DNA from: a virus
Lineage: Duplodnaviria; Caudoviricetes
Length of the DNA stretch: 64,000 bases
Direction: 5' to 3' (one strand)
IMG/VR virus record: IMGVR_UViG_3300030330_006619
Coordinates: 96,001 to 160,000 of that record
The position numbers and the translations under genes are program-made. The notes beneath the pieces are model-generated. The model searched no databases. It was not told the DNA's origin and was given only the letters and a program-made list of their open reading frames with translations. Shown in pieces: positions 10,762 to 20,984 of this stretch. How positions within the stretch are numbered: the stretch's first letter is position 1; every line of letters begins with the position of its first letter.

Positions 10762-10932
10762 ATGGAAATCACAAAAAGAAGACTAAAAGAAATCATCGCA
10801 GAAGAGATGAATCATTTAGCAGAAACAGGTGACCTCAATATGATCACCGAAGCAGAAAAGAAGGCATTCGCTATCATTCTTGAAAAACTTACACCAAAGC
10901 AACTGGAAGAGATGGGTCTTAAGAGGGTTTAA
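10762..10932 (+). CDS. Small protein with KRRLKEIIAEE leader (putative internal head protein)
   Basis: GGGAG RBS before ATG 10762; the leader is shared with 10932 and 22548. Confidence 0.55.
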   Translation: MEITKRRLKEIIAEEMNHLAETGDLNMITEAEKKAFAIILEKLTPKQLEEMGLKRV

Positions 10933-11354
10933 TGGTGAAAAAGTCTAGAATAGTTAAGATTATAAAAGAAGAGATCAACAAACTCCTCAAAGAGCAAAGT
11001 GGATTTGACGATGCCTTTGCTGAGCTTGATGATGAGATGGAAAAATATGCCCAACCGCGGCCCGCGCGTGCCCGAAAAGCCCCGCCCGCGCCCAAACCCA
11101 CCGCCAAGAAGCCAGTTGATAAGAAACCAGCGCCAAAAAGCACCAAAGATCCATTCTCGGATTTGGACGCACCCATGGATTCAGCTTTCGATGAAATGGA
11201 CCGCGCCCAACAGGTTTTAAAAATCATATCTCCTAAGACCCCTCGCTCTTCGATTCAAATGACTGGCAAAGGGCAAAATATGAAGCTAAATGGGGTCCAG
11301 GTGCCACCAAAATACATACCTTACATTTTAAAGGGCGGCTCACTTCCAAAATAA
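10932..11354 (+). CDS. Pro/Lys-rich protein with KSRIVKIIKEE leader (putative internal head protein)
   Basis: Start overlaps the upstream stop; shared leader; basic PAKKP-type linker. Confidence 0.55.
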   Translation: MVKKSRIVKIIKEEINKLLKEQSGFDDAFAELDDEMEKYAQPRPARARKAPPAPKPTAKKPVDKKPAPKSTKDPFSDLDAPMDSAFDEMDRAQQVLKIISPKTPRSSIQMTGKGQNMKLNGVQVPPKYIPYILKGGSLPK

Positions 11355-11357
11355 TTC

Positions 11358-11386
11358 TTGACACCTTTTAAAACTGCTGTTATAAT
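11358..11386 (+). promoter_or_regulatory. Consensus sigma70 promoter
   Basis: TTGACA-N17-TATAAT with an extended -10 TG, intergenic, upstream of 11417. Confidence 0.85.
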
Positions 11387-11416
11387 AATCCTACAATAAC
11401 AATTATCGGAGGATAA

Positions 11417-14400
11417 ATGAGATTTGCTCATATTGCGGACACCCATATCCGCAACTTAAAATACCATTTTGAGTACAGAGAAGTATTCAAGCAATTATAT
11501 AAATCATTAAAAGAAGAAAAAGTAGATTATATCGTCCACTGCGGCGACATCGCACATACCAAGACACAAATCTCTCCAGAGTTTGTGGATATGTGCCGAG
11601 AGTTCTTTGAGAACTTGGCTGCCATTGCACCAACCTATATCATCTTAGGTAATCACGATGGCAATCTTAGAAACGACAGCAGGCAAGATGCAATTAGTCC
11701 AATTGTAAAAGCAATCAATAACCCTAACCTGATTCTACTCCGCAACGCAGGAGAAACAAAAATCAACTCAGAGTTTTGTTTGAATGTTCTTTCTGTATTT
11801 GATGAGGATAACTGGGTATCACCTACTGATCCCAATGCAGTTAACATTGCCCTTTATCATGGTGCAATAGACAAATCGAAGACAGACAGCAACTGGACAC
11901 TAGGTGGAGATCATAGTATTGAGATATTTGATGATTTTGATTTTGCCTTTCTTGGAGACATCCATAAAACTCAACAGCTTGATTCTGCTGGGCGCATTTG
12001 GTACGCCGGCTCAACAGTTCAACAAAACTTTGGAGAGTCCCTAGACAAGGGTTATCTGCTTTGGGACATTGAAGATAAAAATACATTTACCAACACCTTG
12101 ATTACATTCGAAAACCCAAAACCTTTTATAACTGTCAAATTAACACAAAAAGGTAATTTGCCAAGAACTCCTATTCCAGAGGGAGCAAGAGTTAGAGTTG
12201 TATCAGAGTCGAATGTTTCGCTTGACAAAGTTAGAAAAGCTATCGAGGCTGTAAAATATAAGCACAACCCAGAGACAGTTACCTACTTGAATAGGGCAGC
12301 AAACCAAAAAATAAATGTTGCCGCACCCGAAGGTTTAAAGAAGCAAGATCTTAGAGACTTAAAGACCCAAGAAGAGTTGATGGCAGAGTATTTGAATGAG
12401 TTCGAAGTAACAGATGAGGTCCTTGAGAAAGTTTATGACTTAAACAAAATCTACAATAAGCAAGTAGAAGAGAACGAAGAGGTTTTTAGAAACATTAATT
12501 GGTCCCTGCAGAAATTAGAGTGGAACAATCTTTTCAACTACGGTGAAGGCAATTCAATTGATTTTACTAAGCTTGAGGGAATTGTAGGAATATTTGGTAA
12601 AAATTATTCTGGAAAGTCCTCCATAGTTGATACGCTACTGTATACAATGTACAACTCCACTTCCAAATCTATTAGGAAAAATTTAAACATTATAAACCAA
12701 AATAAAGATTATTGTAATGGGGTTGCTACAATAAAGGTAGATGATCAACAGTATGTTATAGAAAGAAATTCAAAAAAATATACGAAACGATTAAAAGGAG
12801 TGGAAACACAAGAGGCAAGCACCGATTTAGAATTCTATAAACAAGACATGATCGGAAATCACACAGGTTTAAATGGCACCTCTCGACAAGATACGGACTC
12901 AAATGTCAGAAAAAGGTTTGGAACAATACAAGATTTCTTATTAACTTCTATGGCTTCACAGTTAGACTCTCTATCTTTCATCAATGAGGGTTCTACCAAA
13001 AGGAAGGAATATTTGGCTAAATTTTTAGATTTAGAAATTTTTGATAAAAAATTTAAAATGGCGAAAGAAGATTCCGCGGCAACAAAGCTTGCTCTAAAAA
13101 AACTGGAAGGGGTAGACTTTGAAGAACAAATAGAAGCTATTAAAAGAGAAATCACTAGAAGCGAACTCTCGATTGAGTCTAACAAGGCTTTGTGTAGGAC
13201 CATGAGAGAAGACCTGGGAGGATTAAATATTAGTCTCGCAGAACTATCGTCAAAAATAGATGCAGTACCCGCAGAAATAATCGACCCTGCTTTGACATTG
13301 CAAGAGATTGCCAGAAAAGAGAGGTTGATATTAAAGACCACAGCTAATAAGACCACTGCCTTGAAACTACTTGAGGAGGATCAACAAAAGTTTGAGAAAA
13401 TTTGTGATTTCTTGGAAACATTTAATGTCGACTCTTATAGAGAAAAGAAGAAGTTGATTGAAGAAAAGAAAGAAAAGTTGTCAGACTTGATATCTGAGAT
13501 GAAAAAACACTCAGAAGAAAAGCTGAGGAATGTGAGAAAGCAGGATTTACTAACAGAGGTTCCTTGTGGAAGTCAGTTTCCATCTTGCAAATTTATCAAG
13601 GATGCTCATAGTGCAGGAGAATTAATTCAAATTGCAGAATCGAGAATGTCAGAAGTGGCAATAAACATAAATACCATTGGAGCAGAGATTCAAAAGGAAG
13701 ATCCATTTCAGGTTGAGAGTCATCTAAATAAGTACGACCTTTTGATTGAAAAAAAGACAGAACTTGCAACTGCTATTGCATCTGCAAAAATAACCATCGA
13801 GCGCGCTGATGCCTTGCTATTTAGGGAACAAGTTGAACTTGAAAATTTAAAAAGTAAAAGTGAAGAATATAATGAAAATAAAGATGCTATAGAAAATTTA
13901 AAGCAACTCTTAAAAGAACTAAAAGATATGCAAATTGACGCTAAAGCTAAAGAGGGAGAGATCGAAAATTGTGAATCTAAGGTTATGAGGCTTCACCAGA
14001 AACATGGATCTTTGGAGCAAAAATTAAAATTTGTAAAAACTCAATTAAAAGAAAAAGAAAAACTTGAGAAAGAGTTTGCCGCATACCATCTTTTAATGAC
14101 TTGTTGTCACCCAAATGGTGTATCTTATGAAATTATCAAAAATCGTCTTCCTTATATAAACGAAGAGATTGCAAAGATTTTAGCTAACATAGTAGAGTTT
14201 GAAGTGTTTATAACAAACAACGAAGATAAATTAGATATTTTCATTAAACACCCTCGTCATGAGCCTCGTCCACTTGAGATGGGCTCCGGAGCAGAAAAGA
14301 CAATCGCGAGCATGGCAATTAGGTTAGCTTTCTTAACAGTGTCAAGTTTACCAAAGTCTGACCTATTTATATTAGATGAACCTGGAACAGCTTTAGATGA

Positions 14401-14554
14401 AGAAAACATGGAAGGCTTTGTGAGGATCTTAGAAATGATTAAAGGATATTTTAAGACAGTTATACTGATATCACACTTAGATAGCCTAAAAGATTGCGTA
14501 GATATGCAAATCAACATAGAAAAAAGCAATGGGTTCGCAAGCGTCAATATTTAG
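11417..14554 (+). CDS. Fused Mre11/SbcD nuclease - Rad50/SbcC ATPase (gp47-gp46-like)
   Basis: Phosphoesterase motifs ADTH, GD, GNHD and GDIH; then Walker A GKNYSGKS, coiled coil with a CGSQFPSC hook, SGAE signature, Walker B ILDEP and ISH. Confidence 0.92.
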   Translation: MRFAHIADTHIRNLKYHFEYREVFKQLYKSLKEEKVDYIVHCGDIAHTKTQISPEFVDMCREFFENLAAIAPTYIILGNHDGNLRNDSRQDAISPIVKAINNPNLILLRNAGETKINSEFCLNVLSVFDEDNWVSPTDPNAVNIALYHGAIDKSKTDSNWTLGGDHSIEIFDDFDFAFLGDIHKTQQLDSAGRIWYAGSTVQQNFGESLDKGYLLWDIEDKNTFTNTLITFENPKPFITVKLTQKGNLPRTPIPEGARVRVVSESNVSLDKVRKAIEAVKYKHNPETVTYLNRAANQKINVAAPEGLKKQDLRDLKTQEELMAEYLNEFEVTDEVLEKVYDLNKIYNKQVEENEEVFRNINWSLQKLEWNNLFNYGEGNSIDFTKLEGIVGIFGKNYSGKSSIVDTLLYTMYNSTSKSIRKNLNIINQNKDYCNGVATIKVDDQQYVIERNSKKYTKRLKGVETQEASTDLEFYKQDMIGNHTGLNGTSRQDTDSNVRKRFGTIQDFLLTSMASQLDSLSFINEGSTKRKEYLAKFLDLEIFDKKFKMAKEDSAATKLALKKLEGVDFEEQIEAIKREITRSELSIESNKALCRTMREDLGGLNISLAELSSKIDAVPAEIIDPALTLQEIARKERLILKTTANKTTALKLLEEDQQKFEKICDFLETFNVDSYREKKKLIEEKKEKLSDLISEMKKHSEEKLRNVRKQDLLTEVPCGSQFPSCKFIKDAHSAGELIQIAESRMSEVAININTIGAEIQKEDPFQVESHLNKYDLLIEKKTELATAIASAKITIERADALLFREQVELENLKSKSEEYNENKDAIENLKQLLKELKDMQIDAKAKEGEIENCESKVMRLHQKHGSLEQKLKFVKTQLKEKEKLEKEFAAYHLLMTCCHPNGVSYEIIKNRLPYINEEIAKILANIVEFEVFITNNEDKLDIFIKHPRHEPRPLEMGSGAEKTIASMAIRLAFLTVSSLPKSDLFILDEPGTALDEENMEGFVRILEMIKGYFKTVILISHLDSLKDCVDMQINIEKSNGFASVNI

Positions 14555-14562
14555 GAGGACTT

Positions 14563-14766
14563 ATGGTGACACAATTAAAAGCATTTGCAGACAAATATAC
14601 AGAAAGATTTATCTCTAGAAAATTTTTAGCATGGCTTACTGCTACAACCCTTTGTATATGGGGAGCAGTTACGAGCAGTGACTGGGTTGCAGTAACACTG
14701 GCATATATTGGATCTCAAGCTCTGGTAGACCTTGCAGTTCAGTGGAAGCATGGACCAAATCAGTGA
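14563..14766 (+). CDS. Putative holin
   Basis: AGGAGG RBS before ATG 14563; small protein with an ISRKF motif and two hydrophobic helices. Confidence 0.55.
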   Translation: MVTQLKAFADKYTERFISRKFLAWLTATTLCIWGAVTSSDWVAVTLAYIGSQALVDLAVQWKHGPNQ

Positions 14767-15167
14767 CGTGGGTTCTAATGAAAGAGTGGTTTTGTAAATC
14801 CTGGCTTTGGCTGAAGACTCATTGGCAGGTACCTTTTTTAGCATTATGGACTCTAATAGTATATTTATTTACTAAAAGAAACACAGACGCTTTATCAGAA
14901 GTTCTAAAAATTAAAGAAGCTTCTCACAGGGAAGAAGTTGAAGCATTAAAGAAGCTCCACAAGGAACAACTTTTAAAGCTAAACGGTCTACAAGCAGAAT
15001 ACATAAAAACAATAAGGAACCTAGAGCAAAGCTTTCAAGAGCAAAAAAAACAATTATCTAAAAAACAAGTTGAAGATGTAAAAGAGATTGTGATAAAATC
15101 TAAGGGTAACCCCGAAGAGATTAAGAGAAAGATTGAAAATGAATTTGGAATTAAGTTTAAAGACTAA
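14742..15167 (+). CDS. Membrane-anchored coiled-coil protein (spanin-like)
   Basis: N-terminal hydrophobic helix then a long coiled coil, directly after the holin-like gene; exact start uncertain. Confidence 0.4.
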   Translation: MEAWTKSVTWVLMKEWFCKSWLWLKTHWQVPFLALWTLIVYLFTKRNTDALSEVLKIKEASHREEVEALKKLHKEQLLKLNGLQAEYIKTIRNLEQSFQEQKKQLSKKQVEDVKEIVIKSKGNPEEIKRKIENEFGIKFKD

Positions 15168-15645
15168 GTTTATAGTACTAGCTAATTTAATATTTTTTGT
15201 TTGCGCAACAGTAGCACATGCAGATCCAGTGATCGCAGGAGAGGTTCTTCCCCCGGCCTCTGCAGTTCTTATTGAAGACCCAGAACTCATAAAAAGGATA
15301 GATGTAGGAAAAGAAGACGAACCAGTTTGGTGTTACAGTAATGATGCAAATGCAATTATAATCTCCGCACCACAGAGGCAAAGAGAAAAGTGTGAACTCA
15401 GGTATCAACTAGAATTAGAGCGCACCCGCGCCGATTACAATTTTAACTTAGAACGATTAAATATTGAAATCCAAAGTTTGACTGACAAGCACGAAAGGAT
15501 ACTATCCTTAAAAAACGATGAGATTGAAAAGCTAACAAAAGCGGCCCTAAAAAGACCGAACGATTATTCTGCTTGGTGGGCCTCTGGAGGGGTCGCTGTA
15601 GGAGTGTTGACTACTTTGGCAATTGTTTTCGCGGTGAATAAATGA
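15133..15645 (+). CDS. Exported coiled-coil protein with C-terminal membrane anchor (lysis accessory?)
   Basis: Signal-peptide-like N-terminus ending AHA, two Cys in the exported part, coiled coil, C-terminal GVAVGVLTTLAIVFAV helix. Confidence 0.4.
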   Translation: MKMNLELSLKTKFIVLANLIFFVCATVAHADPVIAGEVLPPASAVLIEDPELIKRIDVGKEDEPVWCYSNDANAIIISAPQRQREKCELRYQLELERTRADYNFNLERLNIEIQSLTDKHERILSLKNDEIEKLTKAALKRPNDYSAWWASGGVAVGVLTTLAIVFAVNK

Positions 15646-16019
15646 GTGAAAAAGATTTAAATAAGATAGCCAAATTTGAAAAAGCTATAAAAGAAAAATA
15701 TGGTGAATCTGCAATTCAAAATCCTAAAAGCTCATGGAATGAGGAAAAGGAAAAAAAATATTTAGCAGATTTAAAAGAATTTTACTCTAATGAAAAAATA
15801 AACAAAACATATACCGATAAGGACGGATTTACCGTAAAAGAAACAAAAAGAAAGTCAGCCAGCAGCCCAAGTAGAAACTGCCCAGTTTGCAGCTCTTATT
15901 CTTTTTCTCTGGAAGACGACCTTTATATGACAAAATACGAATGTTGTTTCGAATGTTATATAAAATTTGTTGAAGGAAGAGAAGAAAGATGGAAAACTGG
16001 CTGGAGACCAAATAACTAA
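15642..16019 (+). CDS. Hypothetical protein with zinc-finger-like Cys cluster
   Basis: CPVC...CCFEC. Confidence 0.5.
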   Translation: MSEKDLNKIAKFEKAIKEKYGESAIQNPKSSWNEEKEKKYLADLKEFYSNEKINKTYTDKDGFTVKETKRKSASSPSRNCPVCSSYSFSLEDDLYMTKYECCFECYIKFVEGREERWKTGWRPNN

Positions 16020-16027
16020 CTAATTAA
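16019..16027 (+). promoter_or_regulatory. Putative late promoter ACTAATTAA
   Basis: Motif match about 30 nt upstream of 16059, at the head of the terminase-portal operon. Confidence 0.55.
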
Positions 16028-16058
16028 TATTAGCAATCTAACACACAGAGGATTTAAA

Positions 16059-16559
16059 ATGGCTACAACTTTAGAAATTATAAACGGTATTTCGCAGGTT
16101 CTTGCAAATACATACGACGGCGCTCTTGACGAATCTGGAGAACCAATTCAGATCGGCCTAAGAAGAGAAGAAGGCAATCCATTACTGGATCACAGAGTTA
16201 TAGATGGATTCGGCGCCCACATCAATGGAGATAGGCTTCATATCAAATACCACTCAGAAATACCCTTAAAAGAAGTCCACTCAAGTGGCTTTGAAGGAGA
16301 GATGGAGTCCATGGTAGAGAAGGTAAAATCTTTTATACAAAAAGAATTTAAAAAAGTTACAAAGTCTTCGCTTACCTTGTCAGACCCCAGCGAGGTAGAT
16401 GTTTTAGTGGAGTATGTTTCAAGAATCCGATGTAGTGTTAAGGTCCACAAATGCTACAAAATTGGAGGAGTCGATTCAGAAGATAGGATTGAATCAGACC
16501 AAGAAAGACCAACTGATCCAGCATTTGAGAAGATGGTTAAACTCGGCGGTCTCAAGTAA
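16059..16559 (+). CDS. Hypothetical protein upstream of terminase
   Basis: 166-aa ORF with GAGG RBS; function not recognised. Confidence 0.55.
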   Translation: MATTLEIINGISQVLANTYDGALDESGEPIQIGLRREEGNPLLDHRVIDGFGAHINGDRLHIKYHSEIPLKEVHSSGFEGEMESMVEKVKSFIQKEFKKVTKSSLTLSDPSEVDVLVEYVSRIRCSVKVHKCYKIGGVDSEDRIESDQERPTDPAFEKMVKLGGLK

Positions 16560-16567
16560 GAGGCTTG

Positions 16568-18154
16568 ATGAATATAAAACTTTCTAAAAGCGAAATTATG
16601 AAAGAGATCGTCCGGTGTGGAAAAAAGCCGGAATACTTTATTCACAATTACGCTAAAATAACCCATCCAGTTAAAGGACTGATACCTTTTCACCTATATC
16701 CCTTTCAGTCACAACTCCTAGAAGACTTCGAAGACCATAGATTTAATGTTATACTTAAGGCTCGACAGTTAGGCATTTCTACCATAACTGCAGCTTATGT
16801 AGCTTGGATGATGATGTTTCATAGGGAAAAGAATGTATTAGTGATAGCAACTAAGTTCAGTACAGCCTCTAACTTGGTTAAGAAAGTAAAATCAATTATA
16901 AAAAATTTACCAGAATGGCTAAGGATTTCAAACGTAGATATAGATAATAGAACAAGCTTTATCTTGTCTAACGGATCACAAATAAAAGCGTCTTCAACCT
17001 CTAGTGACGCTGGACGTTCTGAGGCACTGTCGTTGCTTGTCATTGATGAGGCCGCTCATGTTGAGGGTTTGGATGATCTTTGGATGGGTTTGTACCCCAC
17101 TCTGTCAACTGGTGGTCGGTGTATAGCTTTGAGTACGCCAAATGGTGTAGGTAATTGGTTTCACAAGATCTATACAGAGGCCGAAGGCAAGCTCAATGAT
17201 TTTTTTCCTACCATACTACCGTGGGATGTGCACCCTGATAGAGATATGGAGTGGTTCAACAAAGAAACTCGAAACATGTCAAATCGAGAAATAGCTCAAG
17301 AGTTAGAGTGTAATTTTAACATGTCAGGAGAAACAGTTTTTTCTCCAGAGGATATAGAAAACTACTCACAAAGAACAGAAGAACCCAAATATAGAACAGG
17401 TTTTGACAGAAACCTTTGGATTTGGAAAGAGATGGACGCTAGTTCAGATTATATTGTATCAGCAGACGTCGCCCGCGGCGATGGAAAAGATTATTCAGTC
17501 TGCCACGTTTTTAATGTTAACACCATGGAGATTGTAGCAGAATACAGAGGCAAAGTAACACCAGATGTTTTCTCTAGAGTGTTAAACGATGTAGGTAAAG
17601 AATACAAAAATGCACTCATGATTGTGGAAAACAACTCAGTTGGATATTCTGTTCTGGAAAAGTTGAGGGAGATGAATTATCCAAACCTCTATTATTCGAT
17701 AAAAAGCACCCACGAATATGTAGAAGAATACAAAGCAGAAAATATGTCCAACGCGGTAGCTGGATTTACAATGTCTTCGAAGACGCGTCCAATCATAATA
17801 TCAAAGATGGAGGAATTCATCAGAAACAATCTAATTAAAATATATTCCAAGCGTCTTTTGATGGAAATGAAGACATTTATTTGGAATAACGGTAGAGCAG
17901 AGGCTATGAGGTCATATAATGATGACTTAATCATGGCTTGCGCAGTTGGTTGCTGGGTTAGGGATACAGCCCTTGCAGTTAATGAAAAAGAAGCAGAATA
18001 TAATAAAGCTTTTATAGGAGCGATAACAAAAAGTAATAGTCAAATAGACACCAGGATTAAGGGTATGGTTGGTACTAGAAATTTAAAAATGCAAGATGAT
18101 GCACGTAAACACCACCAAGCTTTAAACAATTATCCATGGCTTTTCAAAGGTTAA
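16568..18154 (+). CDS. terL: Terminase large subunit (T4 gp17-like)
   Basis: LYPFQ adenine motif, KARQLGIST Walker A variant, LVIDEAAH Walker B, STPNG, nuclease motifs ADVARGDGKDYS and NDDLIMA. Confidence 0.95.
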   Translation: MNIKLSKSEIMKEIVRCGKKPEYFIHNYAKITHPVKGLIPFHLYPFQSQLLEDFEDHRFNVILKARQLGISTITAAYVAWMMMFHREKNVLVIATKFSTASNLVKKVKSIIKNLPEWLRISNVDIDNRTSFILSNGSQIKASSTSSDAGRSEALSLLVIDEAAHVEGLDDLWMGLYPTLSTGGRCIALSTPNGVGNWFHKIYTEAEGKLNDFFPTILPWDVHPDRDMEWFNKETRNMSNREIAQELECNFNMSGETVFSPEDIENYSQRTEEPKYRTGFDRNLWIWKEMDASSDYIVSADVARGDGKDYSVCHVFNVNTMEIVAEYRGKVTPDVFSRVLNDVGKEYKNALMIVENNSVGYSVLEKLREMNYPNLYYSIKSTHEYVEEYKAENMSNAVAGFTMSSKTRPIIISKMEEFIRNNLIKIYSKRLLMEMKTFIWNNGRAEAMRSYNDDLIMACAVGCWVRDTALAVNEKEAEYNKAFIGAITKSNSQIDTRIKGMVGTRNLKMQDDARKHHQALNNYPWLFKG

Positions 18155-18157
18155 AAA

Positions 18158-20182
18158 ATGGCACAGAAAAAAAATAAAAACAACACAAGAAATCCACAAA
18201 GTTTACTCTTCAGGAGATTAACAAAATTATTATCGGGCCCGCTGACCCAATATAGGACACAGAACAATCATAGACTACGAAGGATAGAGTTAGATAAATA
18301 CGCCAGCAGATTCACGTCAGCTTCAGGTAGAGACTTCAAAAAAACGGCATATAATCCATACGACAATCTGCAAAGCAGTTATATGACCAGTCAACAAAGA
18401 ATAGAAAGATATGTTGACTTCGATCAAATGGAGTACACACCAGAGATTGCCTCCGCTTTAGACATTTATGCGGACGAAATGACAACTTATTCTTCGATAA
18501 CTCCAATGCTTAGAGTTGAATGTGATAACGAGGAGATAAAGGCAATATTGGAAACTTTATATTCCAGTGTCTTAAATATAGAACACAACCTTTTTTCTTG
18601 GTGCAGGTCCATGTGTAAATATGGAGATTTCTTTTTGTATCTTGATATTGATGACATGTTAGGGATCACCTCTGTTATTGGGCTGCCTTCTTCCGAAGTA
18701 GAGAGAATGGAAGGAGAAGACAAGCAAAACCCCAATTATGTTCAATATCAGTGGAACACCGCCGGCCTAACTTTCGAAAACTGGCAAATCGGCCATTTTA
18801 GGATTTTGGGTCAAGATAGATACAACCCATATGGCACTTCGGTGCTTGAGCCAGCCCGACGAATCTGGAGACAGCTAACTCTTTTAGAGGATGCTATGAT
18901 GGCTTATCGGATAGTTAGATCACCTGAGCGTAGAGCTTTCTATATTGATGTAGGGTCTATACCCCCGCAGGATATAGAACAGTACATGCAGAAAGTCATG
19001 ACCCAGATGAAAAGAAATCAGGTAGTGGACCCCGAAACCGGCAGAGTGGACCTAAGGTATAACCCCTTATCAATAGAGGAGGACTACTTTATTCCAGTCA
19101 GAGGAGGCACAAGCGCTACAAAGATTGAATCAGTAGCTGGAGGCAAGTACACAGGAGATATAGATGACGTCAAGTATCTAAGAGATAAACTATTTTCAGC
19201 ACTAAAAATACCATCAGCCTATATTTCTTCAGATGCTGACAAAGCACAAGAAGATAAAACAACTTTAGCTCAAAAAGATATAAGGTTTTCCAGAACCATT
19301 CAGAGATTACAAAGATCTATAATAACAGAATTAGAAAAAATAGGCATTATCCACTTGTACACCTTGGGATATAGAGAGGAAGACTTAGTTGGCTTCACTT
19401 GTCATCTTAACAATCCTTCTAAAATTGCAGAAATGCAAGAACTTGAACATTGGAAAACTAAGTTTGATATAGTTGGAGCAGCTACAGAAGGATTCTTTTC
19501 AAAGCATTGGCTAGCCAGCAGATTATTTGGAATGTCAGATGACGAATTTGTGAGAAACAGAAGAGAGCTTTTCTACGATAAGAGATTTGAAGCAGCCCTT
19601 GAAACTGCTGGTGAATTAGAACAAGCAGAGGCAACAGCTGCCATCGACGCCGGCGTAGACGCAGGCCCCACCGCGTTGGACACAACCCCCGGTGGGACGG
19701 GAACCATTGGAGCAGAACCGGAAATCGGCGCAGGTCCCGACTTGGGAGCCCCAGCAGGCGCCGCCCCAGATGCAGCAGCTCCCGAACCAGATGCCGGAGG
19801 CGGTGGTGGAGACGATGGAGCTTTACTGGCAACACCACCAGGTAAAAGAGAAGATAGCAAAGGCAGGACTACAACTGCAAAGTCTCATGGATGGTATGAG
19901 CCAAGATCCAACTTCGCATCGGGAGATAGAAGAAAAACTTCCGGCCCGCGTAAGAAGAATATGAATAGAGCTGCAACACCAGAGACGGGAACTAAGAGAA
20001 AGGTTTTCCCTGGTTCCAGCGAGTTGTCGAAGCTTGTTCGATCAACGGGCATTTATGAGCAGGAAGAAACTAATTACAAAGTAGAAGAAAAAAAGATTCT
20101 CAAAAATCAAAAGGATCTGAAGACATTATTTGAGAGTTTGCAACTAAGGAGCAAAAATAAAGATGAGACTGAAGCACAATAA
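18158..20182 (+). CDS. Portal protein (T4 gp20-like)
   Basis: LLEDAMMAYRIVRSPERRAFYIDVG, EDYFIPVRGG, DIDDVKY and LKIP motifs. Confidence 0.95.
   Translation: MAQKKNKNNTRNPQSLLFRRLTKLLSGPLTQYRTQNNHRLRRIELDKYASRFTSASGRDFKKTAYNPYDNLQSSYMTSQQRIERYVDFDQMEYTPEIASALDIYADEMTTYSSITPMLRVECDNEEIKAILETLYSSVLNIEHNLFSWCRSMCKYGDFFLYLDIDDMLGITSVIGLPSSEVERMEGEDKQNPNYVQYQWNTAGLTFENWQIGHFRILGQDRYNPYGTSVLEPARRIWRQLTLLEDAMMAYRIVRSPERRAFYIDVGSIPPQDIEQYMQKVMTQMKRNQVVDPETGRVDLRYNPLSIEEDYFIPVRGGTSATKIESVAGGKYTGDIDDVKYLRDKLFSALKIPSAYISSDADKAQEDKTTLAQKDIRFSRTIQRLQRSIITELEKIGIIHLYTLGYREEDLVGFTCHLNNPSKIAEMQELEHWKTKFDIVGAATEGFFSKHWLASRLFGMSDDEFVRNRRELFYDKRFEAALETAGELEQAEATAAIDAGVDAGPTALDTTPGGTGTIGAEPEIGAGPDLGAPAGAAPDAAAPEPDAGGGGGDDGALLATPPGKREDSKGRTTTAKSHGWYEPRSNFASGDRRKTSGPRKKNMNRAATPETGTKRKVFPGSSELSKLVRSTGIYEQEETNYKVEEKKILKNQKDLKTLFESLQLRSKNKDETEAQ
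20069..20077 (+). promoter_or_regulatory. Possible late promoter ACTAATTAC within the portal 3' end
   Basis: Motif match about 85 nt upstream of 20163. Confidence 0.35.
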
Positions 20183-20984
20183 AAAAAGAAATACGGCCTT
20201 TGTTTATGAAGCACTAGTGAGAGAATTGACAGAATCAGTGGTCAAGAACAATAAAAATAAACAGAATAAGATCGTTTCAATTATAAAAGAGCATTTTACA
20301 CAGTCATCTGAACTGAAAAAAGAACTAGATCTATACAAGTCTATATATGAGAATAGACAATTAGAGAAAAATATAGCAGAGAAAATTGTATATGAAGTTA
20401 AACAGGAGCATGACAGTTTAGATAAAAGAGCACTGTTTAAGGAGCAATCAGCACTTATAAATAAAATAAACAAAACTCTGTCTCACAAAGTTTATAATAA
20501 TTTTGTGCCAAATTACAAAACGATAGCTTCAGTATATTCAATATTTCAGGATAAATTGCCCATAAAAGATAGGGTCCTACTGGAAGAAAATATTATAAAT
20601 CAAATGTCCTCCTCCACAGAATTAAAAGAAGAAGAGCAGAAGCCGATGGACTACATCATATATAACTCTTTTGTGTCCAACTTCAATAAAGAGTATGATA
20701 CAATTTTAACAGAAAACCAAAAGTGTTTGTTAAATAAATATATCTCTTCTTTCTCTGACAATGATTTGGACCTAAAAGTTTATCTTAATGAAGAAATTGG
20801 CCGAGTGAAAGAGGGCTTAAAGAAAGCAAAAAATATTCAAAAAGATGAGTTATTGATAGAAAAATTACAAGAGACTTATGATATAATAGATAACATTAAA
20901 GATAAGCAAATAGACACTAAAGTACTGGAGATGGTTCTAAATGCACAACAGCTATTAGACGTTATAGAAAAAAATGACAGTTAA
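20163..20984 (+). CDS. Head-module protein (possible prohead core component)
   Basis: Directly after portal; helical and rich in L/I-x-E motifs (LTES, LLEE, LTEN, LNEE). Confidence 0.55.
   Translation: MRLKHNKKRNTAFVYEALVRELTESVVKNNKNKQNKIVSIIKEHFTQSSELKKELDLYKSIYENRQLEKNIAEKIVYEVKQEHDSLDKRALFKEQSALINKINKTLSHKVYNNFVPNYKTIASVYSIFQDKLPIKDRVLLEENIINQMSSSTELKEEEQKPMDYIIYNSFVSNFNKEYDTILTENQKCLLNKYISSFSDNDLDLKVYLNEEIGRVKEGLKKAKNIQKDELLIEKLQETYDIIDNIKDKQIDTKVLEMVLNAQQLLDVIEKNDS

Noticed and set aside
16750-16790. Terminase Walker A lacking the usual GKS/T lysine (KARQLGIST), suggesting inactivation
   Set aside because: Deviant Walker A motifs are known in large terminases, and all other ATPase and nuclease motifs are intact.
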